This document shows, in pieces, positions 45,728-54,661 of a DNA stretch of 64,000 bases. Source of the stretch: an uncultured Gammaproteobacteria bacterium. GTDB lineage: Bacteria > Pseudomonadota > Gammaproteobacteria > Steroidobacterales > Steroidobacteraceae. Below the pieces are notes generated by a model, which did no database searches, was not told the DNA's origin, and saw only the letters and a program-made list of their open reading frames with translations. The position numbers were made by a program, and so were the translations under genes. The stretch lies in NCBI GenBank assembly GCA_963837045.1, contig CAWIMA010000009.1:1267-65266 (forward strand). Direction: 5' to 3'. Position 1 is the stretch's first letter. Each line of letters opens with the position of its first letter.

Positions 45728-46675
45728 TTATTGGAGGATGAGTTGGTCGCCGCGACCCTTCTTCGGATCCGCGTCCGGTTTATTCATCAGGACGGTAATT
45801 GCTCCGCGGAGCGCCGCGCCCATGGTGTGGTCAACGATCGCGTTATTAGTGGGTCGGTCACTGGGCGAGACCAAATCGAAGGCATCGCCCTCGGCCACAG
45901 CTACGTTATAGGTTTGGATGCCGTACAGGGTATTCTTCGGGTTGCCGTTGATGTAGACACGGTCCCAGATCCCGGCGATCGGGTGGAAGGCCACCGGCAT
46001 GTTGATGTTGGCATTCACGAAATAGATTCTAACGAGCTCGCCCGGCTTGGCTTCGAGCACCTGGGATGCATTAGGGTCATGCACCGGATCGTAGTGCAGG
46101 ATCTTGCCGTTGATGAGCGAACCGGCCCATCCGTTATTCTCAAGCATCGCCTTGTAGTTCTCGGCATCCGGGAAGTATTGACCTTGAATCAGCACGTACT
46201 CTCGGTCCGGCTTGGGAAAGTGCTTGTTGTAGCCTTCCTTGGGGTCAACGAGGATCACGCCGTACATGCCGCGAGCGATGTGCTGGACCATCGGGCTGGC
46301 ACCGCAGTGGTACATAAACACCCCCGGGTTCTTCGCCTCGAACTTGAAGTGCTTCCTTTCGCCGGGCTTGATCTGCGCGAATTCTCCCAGGACGTCGGCT
46401 TGCGCGGCATGAAAATCCATTGCATGCGAATTCTTGTTCTCCGGCGGATTGATCAAAGTAAAATCAACCGTGTCTCCTTCGGTCACGCGCACAAATTTTC
46501 CCGGTATGGCGCCATCAAATGTCCATGCCGGGTATTTTGTCCCCTTGTTGTCGATTGGAACGTCCACTTCTTTGGCCGTCATGGTCACTTCAACGGTCTT
46601 GGCGAAGGCGTGCTGGGCGGTGAATAGCGCACCGGCACAAATCACAGGTATGGCGATTATCTTAAATGCTTGCAT
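45728..46675 (-). CDS. nirK: Copper-containing nitrite reductase
   Basis: 315 aa with signal peptide. NSHAMDFHAA (T1/T2 His) and FMYHCGASPMVQHIARGMYG (Cys-His-Met T1 ligands). Same short class as Nitrosomonas NirK. Confidence 0.92.
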   Translation of the reverse strand: MQAFKIIAIPVICAGALFTAQHAFAKTVEVTMTAKEVDVPIDNKGTKYPAWTFDGAIPGKFVRVTEGDTVDFTLINPPENKNSHAMDFHAAQADVLGEFAQIKPGERKHFKFEAKNPGVFMYHCGASPMVQHIARGMYGVILVDPKEGYNKHFPKPDREYVLIQGQYFPDAENYKAMLENNGWAGSLINGKILHYDPVHDPNASQVLEAKPGELVRIYFVNANINMPVAFHPIAGIWDRVYINGNPKNTLYGIQTYNVAVAEGDAFDLVSPSDRPTNNAIVDHTMGAALRGAITVLMNKPDADPKKGRGDQLILQ

Positions 46676-46806
46676 TGTCTAGGCCCCCATCGTTAACGGT
46701 AGTTGATTCAGATTCGAGCGAACGTTCCCCTTTTAATGCGTAAATTGCTTCTCCTTGCTGCGTGTGACTACCCACTTTCCTTGCGCGCATGCCCCGCGAA
46801 CTCGCC

Positions 46807-47184
46807 TCATGATCCGGTCGTGCATTTACATAACTTTCGCAGATACTGAACCATGTCATGGATCTCATCGTCGCTTAAGGTATCGCCCCAAGGCGGCATC
46901 AGTACAGACTTGTCGATCGAAAGACCGCCTTCTTTGATAACCTTGAACAAATCGGCGTCGGTCCGTGTGGACATCGATTTTGCATCGGTGTGGTCTCGCG
47001 GCTGTACGGACATGTCACGTACGTTGATCCCCTGGCCGTTGCCTTGCATGCCGTGGCATTGCACGCAATACGTCTTGTAGTTGTCGGCGGCAACTTCCTT
47101 GCTTTGTGCGGATGCGGCCAGAGTCATTGCCGCCACGGTTACAGCCATCGTCGCCAGTAGTAAAGCGATTTTGCTATTTGTCAT
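46807..47184 (-). CDS. ncgC: Monohaem cytochrome c (NcgC-like)
   Basis: Signal peptide, single CVQCH, distal Met (LMPPWG). Start at ATG 47184. Confidence 0.8.
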   Translation of the reverse strand: MTNSKIALLLATMAVTVAAMTLAASAQSKEVAADNYKTYCVQCHGMQGNGQGINVRDMSVQPRDHTDAKSMSTRTDADLFKVIKEGGLSIDKSVLMPPWGDTLSDDEIHDMVQYLRKLCKCTTGS

Positions 47185-47887
47185 TGCCGCTGTCCTTGGA
47201 AAGCAATTCCAGGTAATGCACAAGCTTCTGGATGTTTGCGTCCGTCACATGCTTGTTCGGCATCCAGATGAGCGGATCCCAGGCCTGTGGGCTGCGAATG
47301 TAGCTCGCGATGAATTCGGGTTGCAGGCGCTTTCCCGCCGTATAAAGTTCGGGGCCGGATAAGCCACCGTAGTCCGGCTCGATTCGATGACAGGCGATGC
47401 AGCCCAAAAATTTGTCGAATGCCATCTCGCCCATTTGCTTCGAGATCGTGCCGGGTTCAATCTTCTCCCTGGCAATCAGGTCATCGTGCGCCTTCAGTTT
47501 CATCAACTCGGCGGCGACCGCTACCGCATCCGCTTTGGAGAGCGCAACATGATCCTTAAGCGTTGCGGCATCAACCTCGTCGTGCTTTGCTCCCGGCTTA
47601 ATGTGATTCTCGTAAAACTCTCCTGCAGGCCGTATCCGCGTTGGCTTTTGCAACCACTCCACCAGCCACTCCTCGCGGTATTTGTTACCCGCGTAGAACA
47701 AGTCGGGCCCCTTTCTGTCCCATAGCGCCTTGAGGGTTTGCGGCGCCGGTCCGGTGATGCTGTGGCAATCGACGCAACCCGCTTTCAGCACCGCCATCCC
47801 ATCTGCCGCCATCACTCCGAACGGCAGAGCTAGAAGCGTCGCTGCCAGCACCAGACGGCAAGCAACCCATTCACCCGATTTCTTCAC
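47174..47887 (-). CDS. ncgB: Dihaem cytochrome c (NcgB-like)
   Basis: Signal peptide and two haem sites, CVDCH and CIACH. Confidence 0.8.
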   Translation of the reverse strand: MKKSGEWVACRLVLAATLLALPFGVMAADGMAVLKAGCVDCHSITGPAPQTLKALWDRKGPDLFYAGNKYREEWLVEWLQKPTRIRPAGEFYENHIKPGAKHDEVDAATLKDHVALSKADAVAVAAELMKLKAHDDLIAREKIEPGTISKQMGEMAFDKFLGCIACHRIEPDYGGLSGPELYTAGKRLQPEFIASYIRSPQAWDPLIWMPNKHVTDANIQKLVHYLELLSKDSGNDK

Positions 47888-47889
47888 GG

Positions 47890-48954
47890 TTAGTTCCTGT
47901 GCCGCTCTTGCGCAACCGGATGTCCTTGGAAACCCGGGCTGTTGAAGATGCCGTAACCTTGTTTCATCGATTCGCTATAGAAGAAATTGGGGTCGTAGGA
48001 GCCTGTCGAATCCTTGTCCTTCCAGAGATACCAATCTTCCATTGGAATACCGTCGTATTCGATGACCGTGATCGGCCCCCCGGGGAATTTGCCCCCTGCC
48101 GTCACATGATCATCAATATGGTCGTGGAATATGAAGCGGCCCGGATTGTTCATCTTGATGATCGCGTCATATCGCTCCCCCGATCCAACCAGGATGGTGT
48201 CCACAGAATAGGGATTGGGTAGAGGCAAGCCGTCCTTATGCGTGATAAGCATGTCGTGTCCGTGCGAGTGCATCTCATGCAACACACCGCCTGCACCGAT
48301 GAATCGCACGCGCACCACATCGCCCTTCTTGACCCGGATCGGCTGGGTCAGCGGAAACGATTTGCCGTTGACGGAGAAGTAGTCCTCGACTTCATATGGG
48401 GTGCCGCCCTCGCCATACTTTTGGGCGTTCTTGCTCTCCCAACTTGAGAGCATCATGATCACGTCCTTCGTGACGGTTTTCTCGATCGGCAGCGGATCCT
48501 TGGGGTCGACAATCATCGGCCCCCACATGCCACGGATTCCCACATGTTCATTGACATTGACATGGCAGTGGTACCAGAGCGTGCCCGGTCGGTCGGCATT
48601 GAACTTGTAAGTGAACGTGTCTCCGGGCTGTATTGGTTCCTGCGTGATTCCGGGCACGCCGTCACTTTGCCAACTGCCGATCTGATGGGTTCCATGCCAG
48701 TGGATGGTATGGGCCAGCGAAGTGTTGTTGGTGACATGCACCGTAAGATCATCACCTTGTCTGACATGAATCAGCGGGCCGGGCACCTGGCCGTTAAAGG
48801 CGAAAACCTTGTAATCGAGATCAGGGGCCACGTGTATGACGACCTCCTCGATCGTCATGTTGAATTCTCTTGGCTCGGCCCGCGATGTGCCGGGCAGCAT
48901 CGCCAGAGTCGCAATGAACACCGCTGACGCCGCCGCAGACCAATTCATAGGCAT
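47890..48954 (-). CDS. ncgA: Two-domain multicopper oxidase (NcgA-like)
   Basis: Signal peptide; HTIHWHG, WYHCHVNVNEH, HEMHSHGH copper-ligand blocks. Confidence 0.85.
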   Translation of the reverse strand: MPMNWSAAASAVFIATLAMLPGTSRAEPREFNMTIEEVVIHVAPDLDYKVFAFNGQVPGPLIHVRQGDDLTVHVTNNTSLAHTIHWHGTHQIGSWQSDGVPGITQEPIQPGDTFTYKFNADRPGTLWYHCHVNVNEHVGIRGMWGPMIVDPKDPLPIEKTVTKDVIMMLSSWESKNAQKYGEGGTPYEVEDYFSVNGKSFPLTQPIRVKKGDVVRVRFIGAGGVLHEMHSHGHDMLITHKDGLPLPNPYSVDTILVGSGERYDAIIKMNNPGRFIFHDHIDDHVTAGGKFPGGPITVIEYDGIPMEDWYLWKDKDSTGSYDPNFFYSESMKQGYGIFNSPGFQGHPVAQERHRN

Positions 48955-49069
48955 ACTCCCAATGACGCAACCACTTTGTATCTTTCAACCCAAAGAGCAG
49001 GCCGTCCCTTTGCAAAGTCAGCTATATGCGGCACCGCACTAAGTACCTATTCCGATGAATTCGCCCTTA

Positions 49070-49092
49070 AAGATATATTTCGTATGCATGTT
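49070..49092. promoter_or_regulatory. NsrR-like 11-1-11 box in the ncgA/nsrR divergent region
   Basis: AAGATATATTT-C-GTATGCATGTT: 9/11 and 8/11 matches to AAGATGCATTT-n-AAATGCATCTT. Its reverse complement shares 16/23 positions with the box at 60208-60230. Confidence 0.6.
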
Positions 49093-49240
49093 AAGAGGCA
49101 AAGCAGGGCGTTGTCAAGTACTCCGACTTTAGAGCACTCGGACTGAAAGCGGCGGCAGATATGCTTGAATTGCCAAAAATGCGCGGCGCCAGTAGCATTC
49201 CGGGCATGCCATACAGTCCTGGTTGGGCGGGCTTCTCGTC

Positions 49241-49690
49241 ATGCAGCTGACCCGATTTACCGACTATTCGCTACGCACGCTGATTTTTCTGGGCGCGCAT
49301 CCGGAACGTCGGTGCACGATATCGGAAATCGCCCTCGCGTACGCCATTCCGCAAAACCACTTGCCGAAGGTCGTCAATCGGCTTTCTTCGGTCGGATACA
49401 TCGAAACGATTCGCGGCAAGGGCGGCGGGATGCACCTGTCGAGAGCACCCAGGCTAATAAATGTCGGCGAAGTCGTGCGTGACACGGAAGGCGGTTTCAA
49501 CATCGTCGAGTGTTTCAACGTGAAGCATCAGGACTGTCCGCTGCTTCCTGCGTGTACGCTTAGGTCCGTTCTGATGGATGCGCGCCGCAACTTCTTGGCG
49601 GTGCTTGACCGCCATACGCTCCAGGACTTACTTGGAAGCGACGTACGCGGCATGCTTGCGCGCGCCAAGCGCGGATCGATTTCCGATTAG
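49241..49690 (+). CDS. nsrR: Rrf2-family NO/nitrite-sensing repressor NsrR
   Basis: MQLTRFTDYSLRTLIFLG..ISEIA..NHLPKVVNRLSSVGYIETIRGKGGG, with three cluster Cys in ECFNVKHQDCPLLPAC. Divergent from ncgABC-nirK, as in Nitrosomonas. Confidence 0.88.
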   Translation: MQLTRFTDYSLRTLIFLGAHPERRCTISEIALAYAIPQNHLPKVVNRLSSVGYIETIRGKGGGMHLSRAPRLINVGEVVRDTEGGFNIVECFNVKHQDCPLLPACTLRSVLMDARRNFLAVLDRHTLQDLLGSDVRGMLARAKRGSISD

Positions 49691-49869
49691 AGCGGATGAT
49701 TAAGATGCGAGTGGACTCGGCGCTGGTGCGGATAATACGCACATCATGGCAATCCGAGGAACACCCTGTACCGACGGCATTTCAAGCCTGACGCGGAACC
49801 GAAGAAGGGCCACTTGTCGTCCAATTAACAATGACCGTCTCCGTGCCCTCGTCTCAGGGGCCGGCCTTG

Positions 49870-49911
49870 GGCGCATCCGAGAGGTTCGTGCCGCTCGGAT
49901 GCGCCATTTTT
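49870..49911 (+). terminator. Rho-independent terminator
   Basis: GGCGCATCCGAG (49870-81) pairs perfectly with CTCGGATGCGCC (49894-905). It is followed by A-TTTTT (49907-11). Confidence 0.65.
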
Positions 49912-50044
49912 CACTGTCGTGCACAGCTTTCGATGGGCGCCGCCGCTCCGACAGGGATACCTTATATCGCGACCATCGTTTGCGACGCCGCGCCACTTGC
50001 GCCGGCGTCGAACCTCGTCCCAGTCGGCGGACGGCGTCAGTGCA

Positions 50045-50440
50045 TCACCTAGGATCGGCATAGCCTCGCTCTACTGTTGTTCGCGTCCGAAGGGCCTCCT
50101 CGACGACGGCCGCGTGGTTCATTTTCTTGTCCCTGGCGGCGTATAGCAGCGTCACGCGCTGCCTGGTTGCGCGCTCCCGAAGTGCATCGAGGAGGGTTGC
50201 GTGCGAGCGCAGTTCCTCGAGATATCGATCGCGGAAAGCGGACCAGCGCTGCGGCTCGTGCGCGAACCATTCTCGAAGCTCCGTACTTGGCGCGATATCG
50301 CGCATCCACTCGTCGAGCGCCGCAAGCTCCTTTTTGATACCGCGCGGCCAAAGACGGTCGACGAGTACGCGGTAGCCGTCCCGCCGAGCGGGCTTCTCGT
50401 AGATTCGTTTGATGCGGACGTCGAGATCAACTGCATGCAC
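50045..50440 (-). CDS. DUF488 (YeaO-like) family protein
   Basis: IKRIYEKPARRDGYRVLVDRLWPRGIKKE..LDEWMRDIAPSTELREWF..RVTLLYAARD. Confidence 0.85.
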   Translation of the reverse strand: MHAVDLDVRIKRIYEKPARRDGYRVLVDRLWPRGIKKELAALDEWMRDIAPSTELREWFAHEPQRWSAFRDRYLEELRSHATLLDALRERATRQRVTLLYAARDKKMNHAAVVEEALRTRTTVERGYADPR

Positions 50441-50457
50441 GAACTTCGGCCTCTAAG

Positions 50458-50607
50458 TCATGCATGAAAGCAGCCGTTGAGCCTGTCTATGTTGATCTCA
50501 TGTGCTGATCGCGCAACGCCTCCCATCCCGGCGAGAACTATGGGGACATCGCATCCCAGTAGCGTGCAGATGGGTGTCTGGAGGGTCGAGATCACGGGGG
50601 CGGGCAT
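50458..50607 (-). pseudogene. Nitronate monooxygenase (NMO) N-terminal stump
   Basis: MPAPVISTLQTPICTLLGCDVPIVLAGMGGVA matches the NMO start ('..l.llgi..PIi.apMggva'). The ORF stops 17 codons later and the TIM barrel is missing. Confidence 0.5.
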
Positions 50608-50635
50608 TGCGTTGCTGGAAGCGGCTTTCCGCCGT

Positions 50636-51751
50636 TCACGCAGCTGAGGCAAGCCGTGTCAACGCGGTATCCACGCCGGCCGCAATCCCGCCGATACTTT
50701 CACGCTCCAAGTGCGTACTCAAGCGGTCAAGCTCGATCCCCAATGCCTCGAGGTCACCGAACAGCCCGAGCACCTCCTGCAGATTGCGCTCGAGCGTGGG
50801 CGCCGCAGCACCGTGATCGAGATACGCGTCCAATGTACTCAGCGTCATTGCAGTGACAGTGTCGCGACCGATGAGTCTATTCACGTATTTCACGTCGCCG
50901 GGATGCGAATTTGTGATCTCCGTGCCCGCCCAAAGCAGGCGCTGCGTCTGTGCATGGCGTGCCGCCAGGCGTTGCCACCGCGGTGAAGCAATCACACTTT
51001 TGTATTGTTGGTACACAAATTGTGCGACCGCGATCGCTGCTCTGCCGCGCAGGCCCTTTGCGCGAGCGGCCCTTGCAGGCTGCTGAATCGAGTCCAGCAA
51101 TCTATCGACCTCACTGTCGATACGACTTACGAAAACACTTGCCACGGACGCAATGCGCTCAAGCGGCAAGCCCTTGGCGACGCGATCCTCCAACCCACAT
51201 AAATACGCTTCCGTCACCTCTCGGTAGCGACGCGCACCGCAAATTAACGTCGCATTGACATTCAGACCCGCCGCAATCAATCGTCGCATGGCAATCAAAC
51301 CGGCATCAGTCGCCGGCACCTTGATCATGACGTTGGGTCTATCGATCACGCTCAACAGCCGCCGAGCTTCGGACTCGGTGCCTTCCGCATCCTCGGCCAT
51401 GGCGGGTGAAAGATCGACGCTCGCGTAGCCATCGCGGCCGTTCGTACTGTCATAGACACGCCGCAGACGATCAACCGCGCCGCGTATATCCTTTATGCTC
51501 AGGCGCTCGTAAATTTGTCGCGTCGTGGCACCAGCCGCCCGCAGCTCGGCGACGGGCTCGCGATAGGCCAATTCTTCGGCATAGGCCGTGGCAAGACCGA
51601 CCGGATTCGAATCGATGCCCGAGATGCCGTCTCTGATAAGGCGAGCAAATTGCGAGCCGGCCAACGTGCGGGGGTGATTACAATCGAGCCAGGCGCTTTG
51701 ACCAATTCTCTGCAAATCGTAAAGGTGATTTCCTCCCACTTCGATACGCAT
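50636..51751 (-). CDS. tal: Transaldolase
   Basis: From ATG 51751 (371 aa): GQSAWLD, GYASVDLSP, NVMIKVPAT (active-site Lys block), LNVNATLI. Confidence 0.85.
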   Translation of the reverse strand: MRIEVGGNHLYDLQRIGQSAWLDCNHPRTLAGSQFARLIRDGISGIDSNPVGLATAYAEELAYREPVAELRAAGATTRQIYERLSIKDIRGAVDRLRRVYDSTNGRDGYASVDLSPAMAEDAEGTESEARRLLSVIDRPNVMIKVPATDAGLIAMRRLIAAGLNVNATLICGARRYREVTEAYLCGLEDRVAKGLPLERIASVASVFVSRIDSEVDRLLDSIQQPARAARAKGLRGRAAIAVAQFVYQQYKSVIASPRWQRLAARHAQTQRLLWAGTEITNSHPGDVKYVNRLIGRDTVTAMTLSTLDAYLDHGAAAPTLERNLQEVLGLFGDLEALGIELDRLSTHLERESIGGIAAGVDTALTRLASAA

Positions 51752-51791
51752 GGCTGCTGCTCCTGTGTTACGCGTGGAATTGCGCAATCAA

Positions 51792-52325
51792 TCAATGCTT
51801 GCCGCGCTCTTGCTTCGTTCGTTTCGGCGGTTGACAGAACCGCATGGGCCCTAAGTCGGGCGACCGTCGAGGCGCGGCGATTGCCGATGGCTCATTCAAC
51901 AGAGAAATTCCAATCGGATGCTGTGATATGGTCGCCACGGATCCTGCGGATTCGCGATACAGATGACGCCGCGTCAGTGGCAGCCTTGCAGCGGACTCGC
52001 CACGCTTGCTCACCAATACTTGATAAATGCCAAGCTGTCCGGTTTCAAATTCTAGTGCACACGCCGCCATATACAACCGCCACACTCGGTAGGTCGATTC
52101 GCTGACGTATTCGAGTGCTCGGGCGTGGCTCCATAATCGAACTGCGAGAGAGTCGGGAAAGCGCTGAAACGCCCGACTCAACAAGATGGCCGCAAGCTCT
52201 CCGCCACGGTAGGGAACGACATCCGCAGCCTCTCGGAGTATTTCGCCGTTACTGACGTGGCGTGCCGGCCATCTCGACTGTTTAACTGATCCGGTAAACG
52301 TCGCATCGCGCATACACTTCACCAA
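51792..52325 (-). pseudogene. Cyclopropane-fatty-acyl-phospholipid synthase-like C-terminal fragment
   Basis: ..STYRVWRLYMAACALEFETGQLGIYQVLVSKRG.. is the CFA-synthase/mycolic MT C-terminal block. The SAM-binding N-terminal two-thirds are absent. Confidence 0.45.
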
Positions 52326-52339
52326 CGCGCGGCACTGGA

Positions 52340-52732
52340 CTATTGCGCAGGCGCGCCGGGCGCATGCCTCTGCTCAGAAATCGAGGCGCCGCCGCTGCGG
52401 ATTGCGAGCACGGCTATGAGGACACCAAGGATCACGTTGTCCCTGACGGCGTCCGCGTTCGCAGCGTAACCGTACACCCAGGGTGAGGCGATGGTGCAAA
52501 GCGCCAAAAACAGGTTGAGCCAACTAAAGGGCGCAGTGTCGCGCCAAGAGGCAAGGCGGACGGCGGCGATTATCACGATAAAGACTCCGACGATCAGGCC
52601 GCTCCACAGGGCTGGCGGCATCGCGCTGTAATGGAACACCCACGGGGAGACAACAAGCCAGATGCCGAGCAGAATATTGATGCCGCTCGCGGTGCGAGCC
52701 AGTGCCGCATAGTTACGTGTCGACGTTAACAT
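52340..52732 (-). CDS. SPW-repeat membrane protein
   Basis: Two halves each carry the SPW motif (LVVSPWVF, IASPWVY) in a 4-TMS layout. Confidence 0.75.
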   Translation of the reverse strand: MLTSTRNYAALARTASGINILLGIWLVVSPWVFHYSAMPPALWSGLIVGVFIVIIAAVRLASWRDTAPFSWLNLFLALCTIASPWVYGYAANADAVRDNVILGVLIAVLAIRSGGASISEQRHAPGAPAQ

Positions 52733-53005
52733 GACGTACTACTCCTCAAATCCAAATTAATTCGAAGATGCCTTTTTAGACGCCCGAAGTACACAAAGAT
52801 TCCATCACGTTGGCCGATCACGACGGTCCGATTGATCGGCCGGCGAAGGGGGAAGACCTGGGGCTTGCAACGGACTTGGTTCGCGATTATCTTAGCGGCG
52901 ACGGCCGCGCTGACGGCGCGTTGGCGCTTGTCCGTAGCGACGGTGCAGACCGACGGACGGCCATCGAGAGATGCCAAAGGCCCCGCCGGGCGCGCGCACG
53001 GATCG

Positions 53006-54661
53006 TTATATGTCGCCGCGCTTGGCAAATTGACCGATGAGATCCGCGGCGCGAAACGCCAACGCCTGAATGGTCATGGTCGGTTGGCCCCTTCCGGAGG
53101 TCACGAAACTCGAGCCGTCGCACAAGAACAAGTTCGGCACATCGTGCGCGCGATGGTACTTGTCGACCACCGAGGTCGACGGATCATTCCCCATGCGCGC
53201 AGTGCCCAACAAATGCACGCCGAAGATATTCTCGGCAATTTCGTTGCGCCAGATTTTCTTCGCGCCGGCAGCCTCAAGGATCTCGTACGAACGATCTTGA
53301 AAGAACTTCGCAGTCGCCAGATCGTCCGGATGATCTTTGTAGGTGACCCGAATGGCGGGAATGCCCCATGCGTCCTTCAGTCTGGGGTCGATACTCACGC
53401 TGTTCGATTCCAGCGGCAGCGATGTGGTATGGCCTGTTGAGGCCATGGTGCGCGTAAATCCTTCCAGCCGTTCTTTGAATTCCGCGCCCCAGCGCGGAAG
53501 ATCGCCGCCGGAATCCATGGCCCACAAGGCTGGCTGTGGATTGATGCGCGCATCGATGCCGCCGCCGCCGTAGAAGCCCCTCTTCGGATCGGAGTTGTAA
53601 AAATCGTGCAGGATGCGGGTCACCTGCACGCTCTTGTATTCGTTCAACTCGTGTTCGAACACGCCCTGGACGCTGGATCCCTGGTTGAACATCAGGTGCT
53701 TGCCGACCATGCCGCTCGAGTTGGCGAGCCCCTGCGGGAATCGATTGCTGGTGGAATTGAGCAGCAGACGCGCGGTCTCGGCGCCGTTGGCCGACAGCAC
53801 CACAGCCCGGGCAGGCTGGAAATGCTCTCGCTTGGCGTCGTCAAAATAATGGACGCCGGTGGTGCGCCCCGCCGCGTTCGTGTCCACATGAAACACGTAG
53901 CTCGCCGATCTGATCTCGCAAAGGCCCGTCGCTTCGGCTTCCGGAATCGAGGTGTACAACGAAGAGGACTTGGCGCGTGCCTCACAGCCAAAGCCCATGC
54001 AAAACCCGCAATTCACGCAGGCCGGGCGGCCCCGATAAGGCTGCGATGCGATTGCCATCGGCGCGGGGAACGGGTGCAAACCCAGCTTACGGGCGCCCCG
54101 CTCCAGCAGCACGCCGGAGGATTTCACCGGCAGCGGCGGCATGGGATACGGCTTGGAGCGCGGCGGATCGAACGGACTGGCGTTGGCAAGGCCTGATACA
54201 CCCACTTCCCACTCGACCTTGGTGTAGTACGGCTCAAGCTCCTGATAGGTGATGGGCCAATCGGCAAACGCGGTCCCCGGGATCCTGCCGATCGCGCTGC
54301 GCTCGTTGAAATCTATTTCATGGAAGCGCCAATAATTCGCGGTGTAGTGCACGCTGCTGCCGCCCACCAGACGCGCATAAGTGGCGGGGAGAGGACCACC
54401 GGTGGGTTGCTGCGCCGTCTCGGTCGGCAATTTGCGAAACGTCTGCGGACTGAGCTTCGGTGAGTTGGTTATGCCGTTGAGAAAGAAATACTTAAGTTCG
54501 TCGTGCTCGAAGTCCGCGGCGCCCAGACGCGGTCCCTGCTCGAATACCAACACGGTGAAGCCGGCGCGAGACAACTCGCGCGCCACGACCCCGCCGGCCG
54601 ACCCCGAGCCAACCACCACAAAATCCACCATCTCATCGGGTTTGAAGGTGCGAGCGCTCAA
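53006..54661 (-). CDS. GMC-family flavoprotein dehydrogenase (gluconate 2-dehydrogenase alpha-like)
   Basis: DFVVVGSGSAGGVVARELS (FAD fold), ..HLLGTARMG..VVD..HDVPNLFLCDGSSF. TTG 54661 overlaps the upstream stop (TTGA). Alternative start at ATG 54631. Confidence 0.85.
   Translation of the reverse strand: MSARTFKPDEMVDFVVVGSGSAGGVVARELSRAGFTVLVFEQGPRLGAADFEHDELKYFFLNGITNSPKLSPQTFRKLPTETAQQPTGGPLPATYARLVGGSSVHYTANYWRFHEIDFNERSAIGRIPGTAFADWPITYQELEPYYTKVEWEVGVSGLANASPFDPPRSKPYPMPPLPVKSSGVLLERGARKLGLHPFPAPMAIASQPYRGRPACVNCGFCMGFGCEARAKSSSLYTSIPEAEATGLCEIRSASYVFHVDTNAAGRTTGVHYFDDAKREHFQPARAVVLSANGAETARLLLNSTSNRFPQGLANSSGMVGKHLMFNQGSSVQGVFEHELNEYKSVQVTRILHDFYNSDPKRGFYGGGGIDARINPQPALWAMDSGGDLPRWGAEFKERLEGFTRTMASTGHTTSLPLESNSVSIDPRLKDAWGIPAIRVTYKDHPDDLATAKFFQDRSYEILEAAGAKKIWRNEIAENIFGVHLLGTARMGNDPSTSVVDKYHRAHDVPNLFLCDGSSFVTSGRGQPTMTIQALAFRAADLIGQFAKRGDI

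Noticed and set aside
46703-46717. TTGAT-TCAG-ATTCG as an FNR/Dnr box in the ncgC-nirK intergenic region.
   Set aside because: Only the left half-site matches TTGAT-N4-ATCAA; the right half matches 2/5. This is indistinguishable from chance without a matrix scan.
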